A stretch of DNA of 64,000 nt from an uncultured Candidatus Saccharibacteria bacterium (GTDB lineage Bacteria > Patescibacteriota > Minisyncoccia > Phycocordibacterales > Phycocordibacteraceae): contig CAYMNZ010000001.1 of the NCBI GenBank assembly GCA_964391975.1, forward strand, positions 262,978 to 326,977. The letters run 5' to 3'. Under the pieces are notes generated by a model, which was not told where the DNA came from, ran no database searches, and saw only the letters and a list, made by a program, of their open reading frames with translations. This document shows positions 51,337 to 60,653 of this stretch, in pieces (position 1 is the stretch's first letter; every line of letters begins with the position of its first letter). The translations under genes were made by a program, and so were the position numbers.

Positions 51337-51342
51337 TAACAA

Positions 51343-51543
51343 ATGAAATTAAACACAAAAGACAATCGACACCTGTTCTCAGAAATTGTGTTTCTCCTTG
51401 CGTCTGTTCTAGTCTTCCGGAGCGCATGGCATCTTCTTGATAAGTATCCTCTATTCGATGAACCGCTAATGCTCATCCTTTTGCTTGTGCTGGGCTTAGC
51501 GCTTGCTATACCGTCTATGCGACTTATCATTAAGAACAATTAG
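51343..51543 (+). CDS. small hypothetical membrane protein (2 TM)
   Basis: 66 aa hydrophobic ORF positioned exactly after motif copy 3. Confidence 0.4.
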   Translation: MKLNTKDNRHLFSEIVFLLASVLVFRSAWHLLDKYPLFDEPLMLILLLVLGLALAIPSMRLIIKNN

Positions 51544-51550
51544 TAGAAGG

Positions 51551-51589
51551 GTTCCAACATCGTCCCAGACTGCCACTTTGTGGTATCTT
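51551..51589 (+). promoter_or_regulatory. repeated upstream motif copy 4 plus TGGTATCTT extended -10
   Basis: GTTCCAACATCGTCCCAGACTGCCAC, then TATCTT 7 nt before the alaS ATG. Confidence 0.55.
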
Positions 51590-51596
51590 TCTTCCA

Positions 51597-53504
51597 ATGA
51601 AGGTAGCTGAGGTGCGCAAACGATATCTAGAGTTCTTCAAGGAACGCGAGCACGTGATTATTCCGTCTGCGCCTATCGTCCCCGGCAACGACCCGACGAC
51701 CCTCTTTACCTCCTCGGGTATGCAGCCCCTGTTGCCGTATCTGCTTGGGAAAGACCACCCGGAGGGTAACCGGGTTGTTAACTCCCAGATGAGCTTCCGT
51801 GCGGGAGACATCGAAGAGGTGGGTGACAACCGCCACACCACCTTCTTTGAGATGCTCGGGAACTGGTCCCTTGGTGATTATTTCAAAGCAGAGCAGCTCC
51901 CCTGGGTCTTTGAGTTCCTAACTTCCAAAGAGAAGGGTCTTGGGCTGAATCCTGAGAAGCTCTACGTCACCGTGTTCGCTGGAGATGCGGAATCGGGAAT
52001 GGAATCTGATAAGGAATCGGTAGCGATTTGGCAACGTCTCTACAAAGAAGCGGGAATCGATGCTGATTTTGTTGAAATTGGAACTGAAGAAGACGGCTAC
52101 CAGAAAGGAATGCAGGGCGGCCGCATCTTCTCCTATGGCGCCAAGAAGAATTGGTGGAGCCGCGCAGGAGTTCCAGCAAACATGCCAGCAGGAGAGCCAG
52201 GAGGACCTGATTCCGAGGTCTTCTACGACTTCGGTCTTCCGCACGACCCGAAGTGGGGTACTGAATGCCATCCTAACTGTGACTGTGGACGTTTCGTTGA
52301 AATAGGGAACTCGGTGTTCATGCAGTTTGTGAAGGAAGCAGACGGCTCTTTTACACCACTTCCTAAGATGAACGTGGACTTCGGAGGAGGACTTGAGCGC
52401 ATTGCCTTTGCGGTCCTCAACAACCCGGACATCTTTGCTATCGATGTCTTTGAAAGCGCACGGCGTGCTCTTGAGGCTCGCTCTGGGAAGACGTATGGCA
52501 GTGACGAGGCGACCACTCGTTCCTTCCGCATCATCCTCGACCATATTCGCGCTTCTTCCTTCATGCTTGCTGAAGGGGTGTTGCCCTCCAACACCGAAGC
52601 AGGGTATGTGCTCCGTCGTCTTCTTCGTCGTGCCATTCGTGAGGTAGACCGTCTTGGCATCAAGGAAGCGATTCTTCCTGAAGTTGCTGCAGGCTTTGGA
52701 GATGCGTATGCCGACCACTATCCGCATGTGAAGGCAGCGAGCGCAAAGATTGCAGAGGAGCTTTCTAAGGAAGAAGAGAAGTTCCGAAAGACACTTGCGC
52801 AGGGACTCAAGGAATTTGAGAAACTTAAGGCCGTCTCTGCAGACGATGCTTTCACTCTGTTTACGACCTTTGGCTTCCCAGTTGAACTCACCGAGGAGCT
52901 CGCTAAGGAGCGCAGCATTTCTATAGACATGAAGGCAGTGGAAGCACGCATGAAAGAGCATCAGGACACCTCACGCGCAGGTGGCGCCCAGCGCTTTGCA
53001 GGAGGACTTGCCGACCACGCAGAACAGACGGTGCGCTACCACACCACCCACCACATTCTCCTCAAGGCGCTCCAGATGGTGCTTGGCGACGAGGTGAAGC
53101 AGCGGGGAAGCAACATCACCTCAGAGAGGCTTCGCATCGACTTCGCCTCACCTGGAAAGATGACGGACGAACAGAAGGCGGAAGTGGAGAAGATTGTGAA
53201 CGACACTGTCTATCAGGACCTTCCAGTCACTCGCACCGTTATGCCACGCGAAGACGCTGAGAAGCTTGGCGCTCAGATGGAGTTCGGGGTGAAATACCCA
53301 GACATGGTGTCGGTGTATTCAGTGGGTCCTATACACGCAACACAGGAGAGTCCAGATATTCCAAACGCTTTCTCGCTTGAGTTCTGTGGTGGTCCGCACG
53401 TCACCAACACCAGCGAAATACACGAAGGTGGTAAGAAATTTAAGATACAGAAAGAAGAAGCAGTTGCTGCGGGGATTCGAAGGATAAAAGCCGTTATGGC
53501 ATAG
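51597..53504 (+). CDS. alaS: alanyl-tRNA synthetase lacking the C-terminal C-Ala domain
   Basis: Class II catalytic core (FTSSGMQPL, WSLGDYFK) and an editing domain with HxxxH and CGGPH. Only 635 aa. Confidence 0.88.
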   Translation: MKVAEVRKRYLEFFKEREHVIIPSAPIVPGNDPTTLFTSSGMQPLLPYLLGKDHPEGNRVVNSQMSFRAGDIEEVGDNRHTTFFEMLGNWSLGDYFKAEQLPWVFEFLTSKEKGLGLNPEKLYVTVFAGDAESGMESDKESVAIWQRLYKEAGIDADFVEIGTEEDGYQKGMQGGRIFSYGAKKNWWSRAGVPANMPAGEPGGPDSEVFYDFGLPHDPKWGTECHPNCDCGRFVEIGNSVFMQFVKEADGSFTPLPKMNVDFGGGLERIAFAVLNNPDIFAIDVFESARRALEARSGKTYGSDEATTRSFRIILDHIRASSFMLAEGVLPSNTEAGYVLRRLLRRAIREVDRLGIKEAILPEVAAGFGDAYADHYPHVKAASAKIAEELSKEEEKFRKTLAQGLKEFEKLKAVSADDAFTLFTTFGFPVELTEELAKERSISIDMKAVEARMKEHQDTSRAGGAQRFAGGLADHAEQTVRYHTTHHILLKALQMVLGDEVKQRGSNITSERLRIDFASPGKMTDEQKAEVEKIVNDTVYQDLPVTRTVMPREDAEKLGAQMEFGVKYPDMVSVYSVGPIHATQESPDIPNAFSLEFCGGPHVTNTSEIHEGGKKFKIQKEEAVAAGIRRIKAVMA

Positions 53505-53518
53505 CGTATACTGGAGCT

Positions 53519-54643
53519 ATGGCTCTTTTTGGCCGCTCATCGAAGACCGTCGCTTTAATCGATATCGGCTCCTCCTCAATCGGTGGAGGCTATGCCACCC
53601 TGGACAAAAACGGGGTGCCGCGCCTGCATTACGCTACTCGCGTACCCATTGAACTCCATGACAGGCCAATGATTGCGCTTGATATGTTGAAGGCCCTCGG
53701 CATGCTTGGTAACAAGCTCATCAACGAAGGAGCTCCTCAGCTTCACAAGGTACTCGGCAGCGGGAAAGTGGATACAATTCTCGCCTCTATCGGCTCACCG
53801 TGGCAGGAGACCGCTGTGCGTAGCGAGATTATCGAGAAGATTAAGCCTTTTACGTTTACGAAGGCCATCATGAATGAAGCACTCGCCAATGGTGCCAAGG
53901 TTTCGGAAGGAAGAGTTCCTTCGGGAGAGCTCGTGGTCGCCACGCTTCTTAACGGCTACGAAACCAAAAATCCCTTTGGCAAGCGAGCTCAGCGGGCAGA
54001 GCTCGTGGTCCTCTCCTCGACCATTGATCGCTCCATGGCAGAGGGAATGCGCGACGTGCTCGGGCACCTTTATCACACGCGAGATATTGAAGTCTCTGCG
54101 TTTGCACCTATTGCTTACAGCGTCCTGCGAGACCTCTACCCCCACGAAAAAGATTTCCTGGTCATGCACGTCTCGGGAGAGGCAACTGACCTCGCGCTGG
54201 TGAAGCGAGGCATTCTCGTTGATGTCGCGTCTATCACCTCAGGCGTTAATGGTCTTGAACGGGCAGCCCGCAAAGGGGAGCCACTTTCAATGACCGCTAA
54301 CGGAGATCCAGCTCCAAAGGTTCCCAAGGTACCTGAGAGCAGTTCAGCAAAAAAAGAGTGGTTGGAGTCGCTTGCTACCTGTCTTAAGGATTTCTCAAAG
54401 CGCCGCGCACTCCCGCGAACCGTCTTCCTTCTCGCGGACGAGGAGGCTCGCACCTATCTCACCAAAATTCTTGATGACCAGATGCTTCACTCCCTATGGC
54501 TCTCAGACGAGCCGCTCACGGTTATTCCTTCACTCCCGCAGCATCTCTCTGACCGCATTACCTGCGACGAGGGGTGCGACAAAGACCTCTTCATTTCCAT
54601 GCTTGCCCTCTCGATAGGCAAGGACACGGGTATTGAGGCCTAG
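53519..54643 (+). CDS. actin-like (ASKHA) ATPase domain protein, PilM/FtsA-like
   Basis: VALIDIGSSSIGGGYA phosphate-1 motif and a second MHVSGEATDLALV motif. Confidence 0.4.
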   Translation: MALFGRSSKTVALIDIGSSSIGGGYATLDKNGVPRLHYATRVPIELHDRPMIALDMLKALGMLGNKLINEGAPQLHKVLGSGKVDTILASIGSPWQETAVRSEIIEKIKPFTFTKAIMNEALANGAKVSEGRVPSGELVVATLLNGYETKNPFGKRAQRAELVVLSSTIDRSMAEGMRDVLGHLYHTRDIEVSAFAPIAYSVLRDLYPHEKDFLVMHVSGEATDLALVKRGILVDVASITSGVNGLERAARKGEPLSMTANGDPAPKVPKVPESSSAKKEWLESLATCLKDFSKRRALPRTVFLLADEEARTYLTKILDDQMLHSLWLSDEPLTVIPSLPQHLSDRITCDEGCDKDLFISMLALSIGKDTGIEA

Positions 54644-54712
54644 TCCACACATCAACCCCATAAGCCGGGTGAGTGGTGTACAATTCGGGCATTACCAAGC
54701 TAGCCACGCCCT

Positions 54713-55942
54713 ATGCCGAAGACTATCAATGACATCATCCCGCCATCGCGCCGCCGCGCAATGGAAATGGAAGCAGATTCCGGGATGCCTCCTCCGCCCT
54801 CGCAGCACACGTCTTCCTACGATCGACCTCGTAAGAAGTTCCCGTGGGGACTTGTCATTGCCATTCTTATCATCCTTGCTGTATCCGTAGGAGCGCTCTA
54901 CGCATTTGCAGGTGCACGCGTGGAAGTTGAGCCAACCTCAGGGGATGCATCAATCACTGGAGATTTCATTGCAACCGCTGCGGCAGGCGAGTTGCCTTTC
55001 AGCGTGGTAGCTGTCGACAAGATTGCTAGCAAGAAGGTTGAGGCTGAAAGCACCGAGACCGTTAACGATGCAGCTCAGGGCACCGTCACCGTTTCGAACA
55101 CCTCGGAAGAGATTCAGAAGTTCGTCAAGAACACCCGTTTCGAGACCCCAGACGGCCTTATCTTCAAGGCTCAGGACGCTATTACGGTCCCCGCAGGCTC
55201 CCCAGGGGCTCCAGGCACGGTTAAAATCACGGTATACGCAGAGTCTGCAGGCGATAAGTACAATGTTGGCCCCACCTCCTTCACCCTCCCAGGTCTTGCG
55301 AGCTCCGACCTTGGCACGCAGGTAACCGGTAAGTCAGAGGAAGCGATGAGCGGCGGATTCTCCGGCACACGTCCTTCAGTCTCTGAAGCAACGCGCGAGA
55401 AGGAGTACCCAGCGATGGAGAAGTCACTCACTGAAGAACTTGAGACGATGGTAGAGGCACAGGTACCACAAGGCTACGTACTCATTCCTGGTTCAATCTT
55501 CACGACCTTCACGCCGCAGCCTGACACCTCGAGCGCTGCAGGATCTGTTGAAGTGCGACTCAAGGGAACTGCAACTGCAGTTATCTTCCCTGAAGGTCAG
55601 TTGGCCGCTGCGATTGCCGCACGTTCGCTTGGTGTGTACGGCGGTGAGGCAGTGAAGCTCGCCGATGCTGATGAGCTTACCCTCACCGCAACGACGGCTC
55701 CTACTGACACTGAGTTTGCGTTCACACTTTCTGGTTCAACAACGATTCTGTGGGTGGTCGACCCCTCTCGTATCGCTGAGGCAGTGGCAGGGAAGAAGCG
55801 AGATGCCGCCCAGGTCATCCTTGCAGGCTACCCGGAGGTGGAGAAGGCGGTCCTCGTACTTCGTCCCTTCTGGGCAAGTACCTTCCCAGCTGACCCAGCA
55901 GAGATAACGGTTACGGTCGCAGGGGAAGAAGCGCCTAAGTAG
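54713..55942 (+). CDS. hypothetical membrane-anchored protein
   Basis: Pro-rich N-terminus, one TM helix and a Thr/Ala/Gly-rich ectodomain. High GC. Confidence 0.45.
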   Translation: MPKTINDIIPPSRRRAMEMEADSGMPPPPSQHTSSYDRPRKKFPWGLVIAILIILAVSVGALYAFAGARVEVEPTSGDASITGDFIATAAAGELPFSVVAVDKIASKKVEAESTETVNDAAQGTVTVSNTSEEIQKFVKNTRFETPDGLIFKAQDAITVPAGSPGAPGTVKITVYAESAGDKYNVGPTSFTLPGLASSDLGTQVTGKSEEAMSGGFSGTRPSVSEATREKEYPAMEKSLTEELETMVEAQVPQGYVLIPGSIFTTFTPQPDTSSAAGSVEVRLKGTATAVIFPEGQLAAAIAARSLGVYGGEAVKLADADELTLTATTAPTDTEFAFTLSGSTTILWVVDPSRIAEAVAGKKRDAAQVILAGYPEVEKAVLVLRPFWASTFPADPAEITVTVAGEEAPK

Positions 55943-56003
55943 GCCTTTCCACAGCCCAGGTTGACCTTATAGGGCCTATTTGTTAGAGTCTCTAGGCTAC
56001 ACG

Positions 56004-56216
56004 ATGGAAGAAAGCAAAGAGCCTGTCACAGGCACCGTTGAAGAGGTGCTTCCTAATTCGTTATTTCGAGTAAGGATGGAAACAGGGGACCTTTTGCTCG
56101 CTTACCTTGCGGGTAAGATGCGATTGCATCGCATTCGCGTTCTTGTAGGGGACAAGGTGGAACTTATCACCGACCCTTATGGAGGACGTGCCCGCATCGT
56201 GAGGCGCCTTACCTAA
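56004..56216 (+). CDS. infA: translation initiation factor IF-1
   Basis: S1-like fold LPNSLFRV...GKMR...GDKV. Start moved to ATG 56004. Confidence 0.85.
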   Translation: MEESKEPVTGTVEEVLPNSLFRVRMETGDLLLAYLAGKMRLHRIRVLVGDKVELITDPYGGRARIVRRLT

Positions 56217-56221
56217 AACGC

Positions 56222-56338
56222 ATGAAAGTACGCGCATCAATTAAGAAGCAACAGCCTGGCGACATTATTGTCCGCAGGCAGGGTCGCCTCTATCGTATCA
56301 ACAAGCGTAATCCGCGCCGCAAGGCACGACAGGGCTAA
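56222..56338 (+). CDS. rpmJ: 50S ribosomal protein L36
   Basis: Not in the ORF track (38 aa). Translation [38 protein letters not shown]. Confidence 0.85.
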   Translation: MKVRASIKKQQPGDIIVRRQGRLYRINKRNPRRKARQG

Positions 56339-56365
56339 CGTTTTTAGTACATAAATTTATTTAGC

Positions 56366-56746
56366 ATGCGTATCGCAGGCGTCACCATTCCCGACAACAA
56401 GCATCTCATCCATGCGCTGCCGCTTATCTTCGGCATCGGGCCTACGCGCGCGCGCGACATTTTGAAGAAGGTGAAGATTGCAGAGAACAAGACCGGCAAG
56501 GACCTCTCTCCTGACGAGGAGCAGGCAATTCGCGTTGAGGCTGAGTCCTACCTTATTGAAGGCGAGCTCCGCCGCGAGGTCTCTCAGAACGTGAAGCGCT
56601 TGAAGGACATTGGAGCTGCTCGTGGTGTGCGCCACGCTCGCCGCCTCCCAGTTAAGGGCCAGAGGACGAAGACCAACTCCCGTACGGTTCGCGGTAACAC
56701 CCGCAAGACCATGGGTTCGGGTCGTCGTACGCTTGAGAAAACATAA
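56366..56746 (+). CDS. rpsM: 30S ribosomal protein S13
   Basis: MRIAGV.IP..K....AL..IFGIG. Confidence 0.95.
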   Translation: MRIAGVTIPDNKHLIHALPLIFGIGPTRARDILKKVKIAENKTGKDLSPDEEQAIRVEAESYLIEGELRREVSQNVKRLKDIGAARGVRHARRLPVKGQRTKTNSRTVRGNTRKTMGSGRRTLEKT

Positions 56747-56748
56747 TT

Positions 56749-57183
56749 ATGGGAAAGAAACGAATCATCAAGAAGAGCGGACGCGGACTCGACCAGGGTC
56801 GCAAGGAGCGTGCCCTCGCCAAGAGTGCAAAGCGCCGCATGGAGAAGGGCATCCTTCACGTCGAGGCTACCTTCAACAACACGAAGGCAGTTCTTACCGA
56901 CGAGAAGGGCAATGTCGTTATGTCGTCCTCTGCAGGCGCACTCGGTTTCTCCGGTGCTCGCAAGTCCACCCCCTACGCAGCTGCAAAGGTGGGCGAGCTC
57001 CTCGGCGACAAGGCACTTGCCATTGGTCTTAAGGAAGCATCTGTCATCATCCGCGGCATCGGCGCAGGACGTGAGTCAGCGCTTCGCGCATTTGCCGGAA
57101 AGGGCATTGGTATTAAGGCAATCAAGGACCAGACCCCCGTTCCTCACAACGGCCCTCGTCCTCCTAAGGCACGCCGCGTATAA
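56749..57183 (+). CDS. rpsK: 30S ribosomal protein S11
   Basis: Conserved S11 core GALGFSGARKSTPYAA. Confidence 0.95.
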   Translation: MGKKRIIKKSGRGLDQGRKERALAKSAKRRMEKGILHVEATFNNTKAVLTDEKGNVVMSSSAGALGFSGARKSTPYAAAKVGELLGDKALAIGLKEASVIIRGIGAGRESALRAFAGKGIGIKAIKDQTPVPHNGPRPPKARRV

Positions 57184-57189
57184 ACCCAT

Positions 57190-57804
57190 ATGAAAATCGG
57201 ACCTAAGTACAAAATTGCCAAGCGTCTCGGCCCAATCTTCGAGAAGACGCAGACTCAGAAGTTTGCTGTTGCGCAGGAGCGCAGTGCGGCAAACAAGAAG
57301 CGTGGACGCGGACGCCCAGGAGGCACCGAGTACGGCAAGCAGCTTCTTGAGAAGCAGAAGGTGCGCCTTACCTACGGACTCTCTGAGCGCCAGTTCTCCA
57401 ACTACGTGAAGGAGGCTTTGGTCGCAAAGGGTGCAACGCCTATTGATACGCTTCACCGCCTTCTTGAGACGCGTCTTGATAACGTCGTCTACCGCATTGG
57501 ACTTGCTCCAACGCGCCGTGCTGCTCGCCAGATGGTCTCTCACGGCCACATTACGGTGAACGGTACGAAGACCACCATTCCTTCCCGCCGCGTGTTCCTC
57601 ACGGACCGCATTGGGGTACGTGCAGGCAGCAAGAATGCAAAGTACTTCGAGAACTTCGCTGAGAAGTTCGCGGAGCGTCCTCTTCCATCTTGGGTTTCTT
57701 GGAATCCCAAGGACATGGAGGGCGGCATGACGGAGCTTCCGAACGCACAGAATGCGCCGGTAGCAGGTGACTTCATTGTCATTCTGTCGTTCTACAGCCG
57801 TTAA
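57190..57804 (+). CDS. rpsD: 30S ribosomal protein S4
   Basis: S4 N-terminal domain and S4 RNA-binding domain. Confidence 0.95.
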   Translation: MKIGPKYKIAKRLGPIFEKTQTQKFAVAQERSAANKKRGRGRPGGTEYGKQLLEKQKVRLTYGLSERQFSNYVKEALVAKGATPIDTLHRLLETRLDNVVYRIGLAPTRRAARQMVSHGHITVNGTKTTIPSRRVFLTDRIGVRAGSKNAKYFENFAEKFAERPLPSWVSWNPKDMEGGMTELPNAQNAPVAGDFIVILSFYSR

Positions 57805-57835
57805 TTTTATTCAACTAGGTAATTACGATTGAGTT

Positions 57836-58771
57836 ATGGAATACCACATCACACTTCCTTCTAAGCCGCGTGTTGTCTCGGAAGAGGGCCTTCAGGGCAC
57901 CTACGAGATTGATTCGCTTTACCCAGGCTACGGCCATACGCTCGGCAACTCACTCCGCCGCATCATCCTTTCGTCTCTTTCAGGCGCAACGGTGACTTCG
58001 GTCAAGATTGAGGACGTCCAGCACGAGTTCGCCACCATCGAGGGCGTTCGCGAGTCCGTCATGGAGATTCTTTTGAACCTTAAGCGCGTGCACTTCGTCC
58101 TCCAGGGCGATGAGCCACAGATTGTGCGCCTCTCCGTAAAGGGCCCTAAGCAGGTGACTGCAGGGGATTTCACCCTTCCGTCCCAGGTTCAGGTCATGAA
58201 CCCTGACGTTCACATTGCTGATATTGCTGGCAAGATTGGTCTCGAGCTCGAGGCTACAATTGAACGCGGACTTGGTTACGTTCCCCGCGAGCAGCTCACT
58301 AAGGAGAAGGTAGACATTGGCACCATTGCCCTTGATGCAACCTTCACTCCAATTCGCCGCGTGAACTACGAAGTAGAGAACATGCGCGTTGGTGACCGCA
58401 CTGACTTCAACCGCCTCAAGATTCTTATTGAGACCAACGGAACGATTTCTCCCCGCGAGGCACTTGAGAAGTCTATTGAGATTATGATTCACCAGCTCAA
58501 GGCCGTCGTCGGTTTCCAGGAGGAGACTGAAGAGGAGGAGGCTATGGGTGGTGCAGCTGAGAAGAAAGACAGCTCGAAGGTAAAGGTTGCTGACCTTGGC
58601 CTCTCCGCCCGCATCGTCTCAGCACTCGAGGAGGCAGGTATTAAGAGCGGCGCAGGACTTGCTCGCAAGACCGCATCGTCTCTTAAGGAGCTCGATGGCA
58701 TCGGCGACAAGGCAGTCGAGGAAATCTCGGAGGCACTTGCCGGCTACGGCCTCACCCTCAAGGGCGAATAA
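57836..58771 (+). CDS. rpoA: DNA-directed RNA polymerase subunit alpha
   Basis: N-terminal dimerisation domain (GYGHTLGNSLRR) and C-terminal alpha-CTD HhH. Confidence 0.95.
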   Translation: MEYHITLPSKPRVVSEEGLQGTYEIDSLYPGYGHTLGNSLRRIILSSLSGATVTSVKIEDVQHEFATIEGVRESVMEILLNLKRVHFVLQGDEPQIVRLSVKGPKQVTAGDFTLPSQVQVMNPDVHIADIAGKIGLELEATIERGLGYVPREQLTKEKVDIGTIALDATFTPIRRVNYEVENMRVGDRTDFNRLKILIETNGTISPREALEKSIEIMIHQLKAVVGFQEETEEEEAMGGAAEKKDSSKVKVADLGLSARIVSALEEAGIKSGAGLARKTASSLKELDGIGDKAVEEISEALAGYGLTLKGE

Positions 58772-58776
58772 CATCT

Positions 58777-59127
58777 ATGGCTCACGCAAACAAAGCACGC
58801 TCGTTCGGACGCTCTCACGACCAGAAGGCCGCACTCATGAAGTCCCTCATGCGCTCTTTGGTCATACACGAGCGCATCTCGACCACCGAGGCAAAGGCTC
58901 GTGAGCTCCGTCCAATGATTGAGAAGATGGTGACCCGCGCAAAGACTGACACGGTTGCTAACCGCCGCCTTGTTGCTTCCCGCATTGGGGACGCTGTTGC
59001 AGTGAAGAAGCTCTTCACCGCCATTGGTCCTCGCTACAAGGGTCGCGCAGGAGGCTACACACGTATCGTGAAGCGCCCGATGGGTCCTACCGGACGTAAG
59101 GAGGCGTACATCGCATTCGTCGACTAA
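58777..59127 (+). CDS. rplQ: 50S ribosomal protein L17
   Basis: L17 signature. Operon position after rpoA. Confidence 0.95.
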   Translation: MAHANKARSFGRSHDQKAALMKSLMRSLVIHERISTTEAKARELRPMIEKMVTRAKTDTVANRRLVASRIGDAVAVKKLFTAIGPRYKGRAGGYTRIVKRPMGPTGRKEAYIAFVD

Positions 59128-59136
59128 TACATCGTT

Positions 59137-59541
59137 ATGACATCTATTCGAATGCACAAGGATTTGAGGAACCGCGTCGACCACAAGGTCGCTCCGGTTG
59201 AGTACACTGTGGACGCAAAGGGCCGCACCCTTGGCCGTGTTGCCAGCGAAGCTTCCCACGCACTTCTTGGAAAGAGGAGCGTGCACTTTGTGAAGAACAA
59301 GGTACTCCCAGTTACGGTCACGATAGTTAACGCCAAGAAGCTACTCATCCGTGAGAAGCAGCTCAAGGAGAAGACCTTCCGCCGCTACACTGGCTACCCA
59401 GGAGGACTCCGTGAGGCTAACCTTGGTGAGTTGATTGAGAAGAAGGGTATTGCTGAGGTCGTCCGCAGGACGGTTGATGGTATGCTTCCTCGCAACAAGC
59501 TCCGCAAGGAACGCATGAAGCGCCTCATTGTCACTGATTAA
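59137..59541 (+). CDS. rplM: 50S ribosomal protein L13
   Basis: L13 family sequence. Confidence 0.93.
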   Translation: MTSIRMHKDLRNRVDHKVAPVEYTVDAKGRTLGRVASEASHALLGKRSVHFVKNKVLPVTVTIVNAKKLLIREKQLKEKTFRRYTGYPGGLREANLGELIEKKGIAEVVRRTVDGMLPRNKLRKERMKRLIVTD

Positions 59542-59545
59542 TACT

Positions 59546-59944
59546 ATGCCTGAACTTACTTACACCACTGCTGTCGGCCGTCGCAAGACCGCCACCGCCC
59601 GCGTAAAGCTCACCCCAGCTGCGAAGACGACGATTGTCGTCAACAACAAGCCGGGAGATGAGTACTTCAACACTGGCGAGAGGCGCCAGACTGCGAAGGA
59701 AGCGCTTAACATCGAAGGCGTCGAGGGCAACTTCGAGATTGTCGCGAAGGTCTCTGGAGGCGGCATCAACGCCCAGTCCGAGGCAGTCCGCATGGCAGTT
59801 GCTCGTGCACTTGAGAAGCGGGACGCAGGTCTTCGCAAGAACCTCAAGGCAGCAGGCTTCCTCAAGCGTGACCCACGTTCGGTGGAGCGCAAGAAGCCAG
59901 GACTCTTGAAGGCTCGCAAGCGACCATCTTGGTCGAAGCGTTAG
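59546..59944 (+). CDS. rpsI: 30S ribosomal protein S9
   Basis: Ends ...KKPGLLKARKRPSWSKR. Start at ATG 59546, just after rplM. Confidence 0.9.
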   Translation: MPELTYTTAVGRRKTATARVKLTPAAKTTIVVNNKPGDEYFNTGERRQTAKEALNIEGVEGNFEIVAKVSGGGINAQSEAVRMAVARALEKRDAGLRKNLKAAGFLKRDPRSVERKKPGLLKARKRPSWSKR

Positions 59945-59953
59945 ATTCAAAAA

Positions 59954-59977
59954 CCCGCCCAAAGGCGGGTTTTGTGT
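59954..59977 (+). terminator. intrinsic terminator after rpsI
   Basis: CCCGCC-CAAA-GGCGGG hairpin followed by TTTTGTGT. Confidence 0.65.
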
Positions 59978-59988
59978 ATACTGAACAC

Positions 59989-60594
59989 ATGGATTTTATC
60001 CAAAAAATATTGACCCGTTATCATGCTGACCTCCTTCATACGACGGTTGCCATAATCTACTTGCTATATTTTTGGTATAAAAATTTTGAACTTGTCTCTC
60101 TTGACTTTCTTTTGCAGTTTTCAACATTTGAGCGACTGCTCGTCTTTTTCCTTATTGCTTTCGTTATTGGAAAGGTAGTTGCAACTCTTGGAAGTATTTT
60201 TATAAAAACAACAATCTGGCTTGCTTTTCAACATAACAAGGCTGCATCCTGGAAACAATTCAAAAATGATTTCATACTTAACGTCTCTTTTTCCAATAAA
60301 AAAATTCAACGAAAAGTGGCGGTTGGTTCTGCTGATCTTTTTGTCTTTCTCAACCAACATCCTCTTCTGCAGCGTGAGAGTGAAGCACACGAAAATGCAC
60401 AGGAGTTCTGGTTCACTATGGTTGGGTTCACCCTGGTAGCAATGTTTAGTTCTGTGCAATTCTACGAACTTGTCGCCTTGGCTCTTCTTTTCCTCTTTTC
60501 GACTGCTGTCGCTATCCGCGGCCGCCTTTTGTATCGAGGATTCAGATCACAGTGCTCCCTTCTTGCCTTTGAAGCTATGGGTGGAAAGACGTAG
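59989..60594 (+). CDS. hypothetical membrane protein (low GC)
   Basis: Start placed after the terminator. About 4-5 TM helices. GC is about 38%. Confidence 0.4.
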   Translation: MDFIQKILTRYHADLLHTTVAIIYLLYFWYKNFELVSLDFLLQFSTFERLLVFFLIAFVIGKVVATLGSIFIKTTIWLAFQHNKAASWKQFKNDFILNVSFSNKKIQRKVAVGSADLFVFLNQHPLLQRESEAHENAQEFWFTMVGFTLVAMFSSVQFYELVALALLFLFSTAVAIRGRLLYRGFRSQCSLLAFEAMGGKT

Positions 60595-60653
60595 CTGTGC
60601 CGCCCACACTCTATTCAACAGGTCTTTAGAGAGGTATACTAAGTCATAAGACC

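Noticed and set aside
51918-52961. 347 aa minus-strand ORF inside alaS
   Set aside because: Antisense shadow of a confidently identified aminoacyl-tRNA synthetase.
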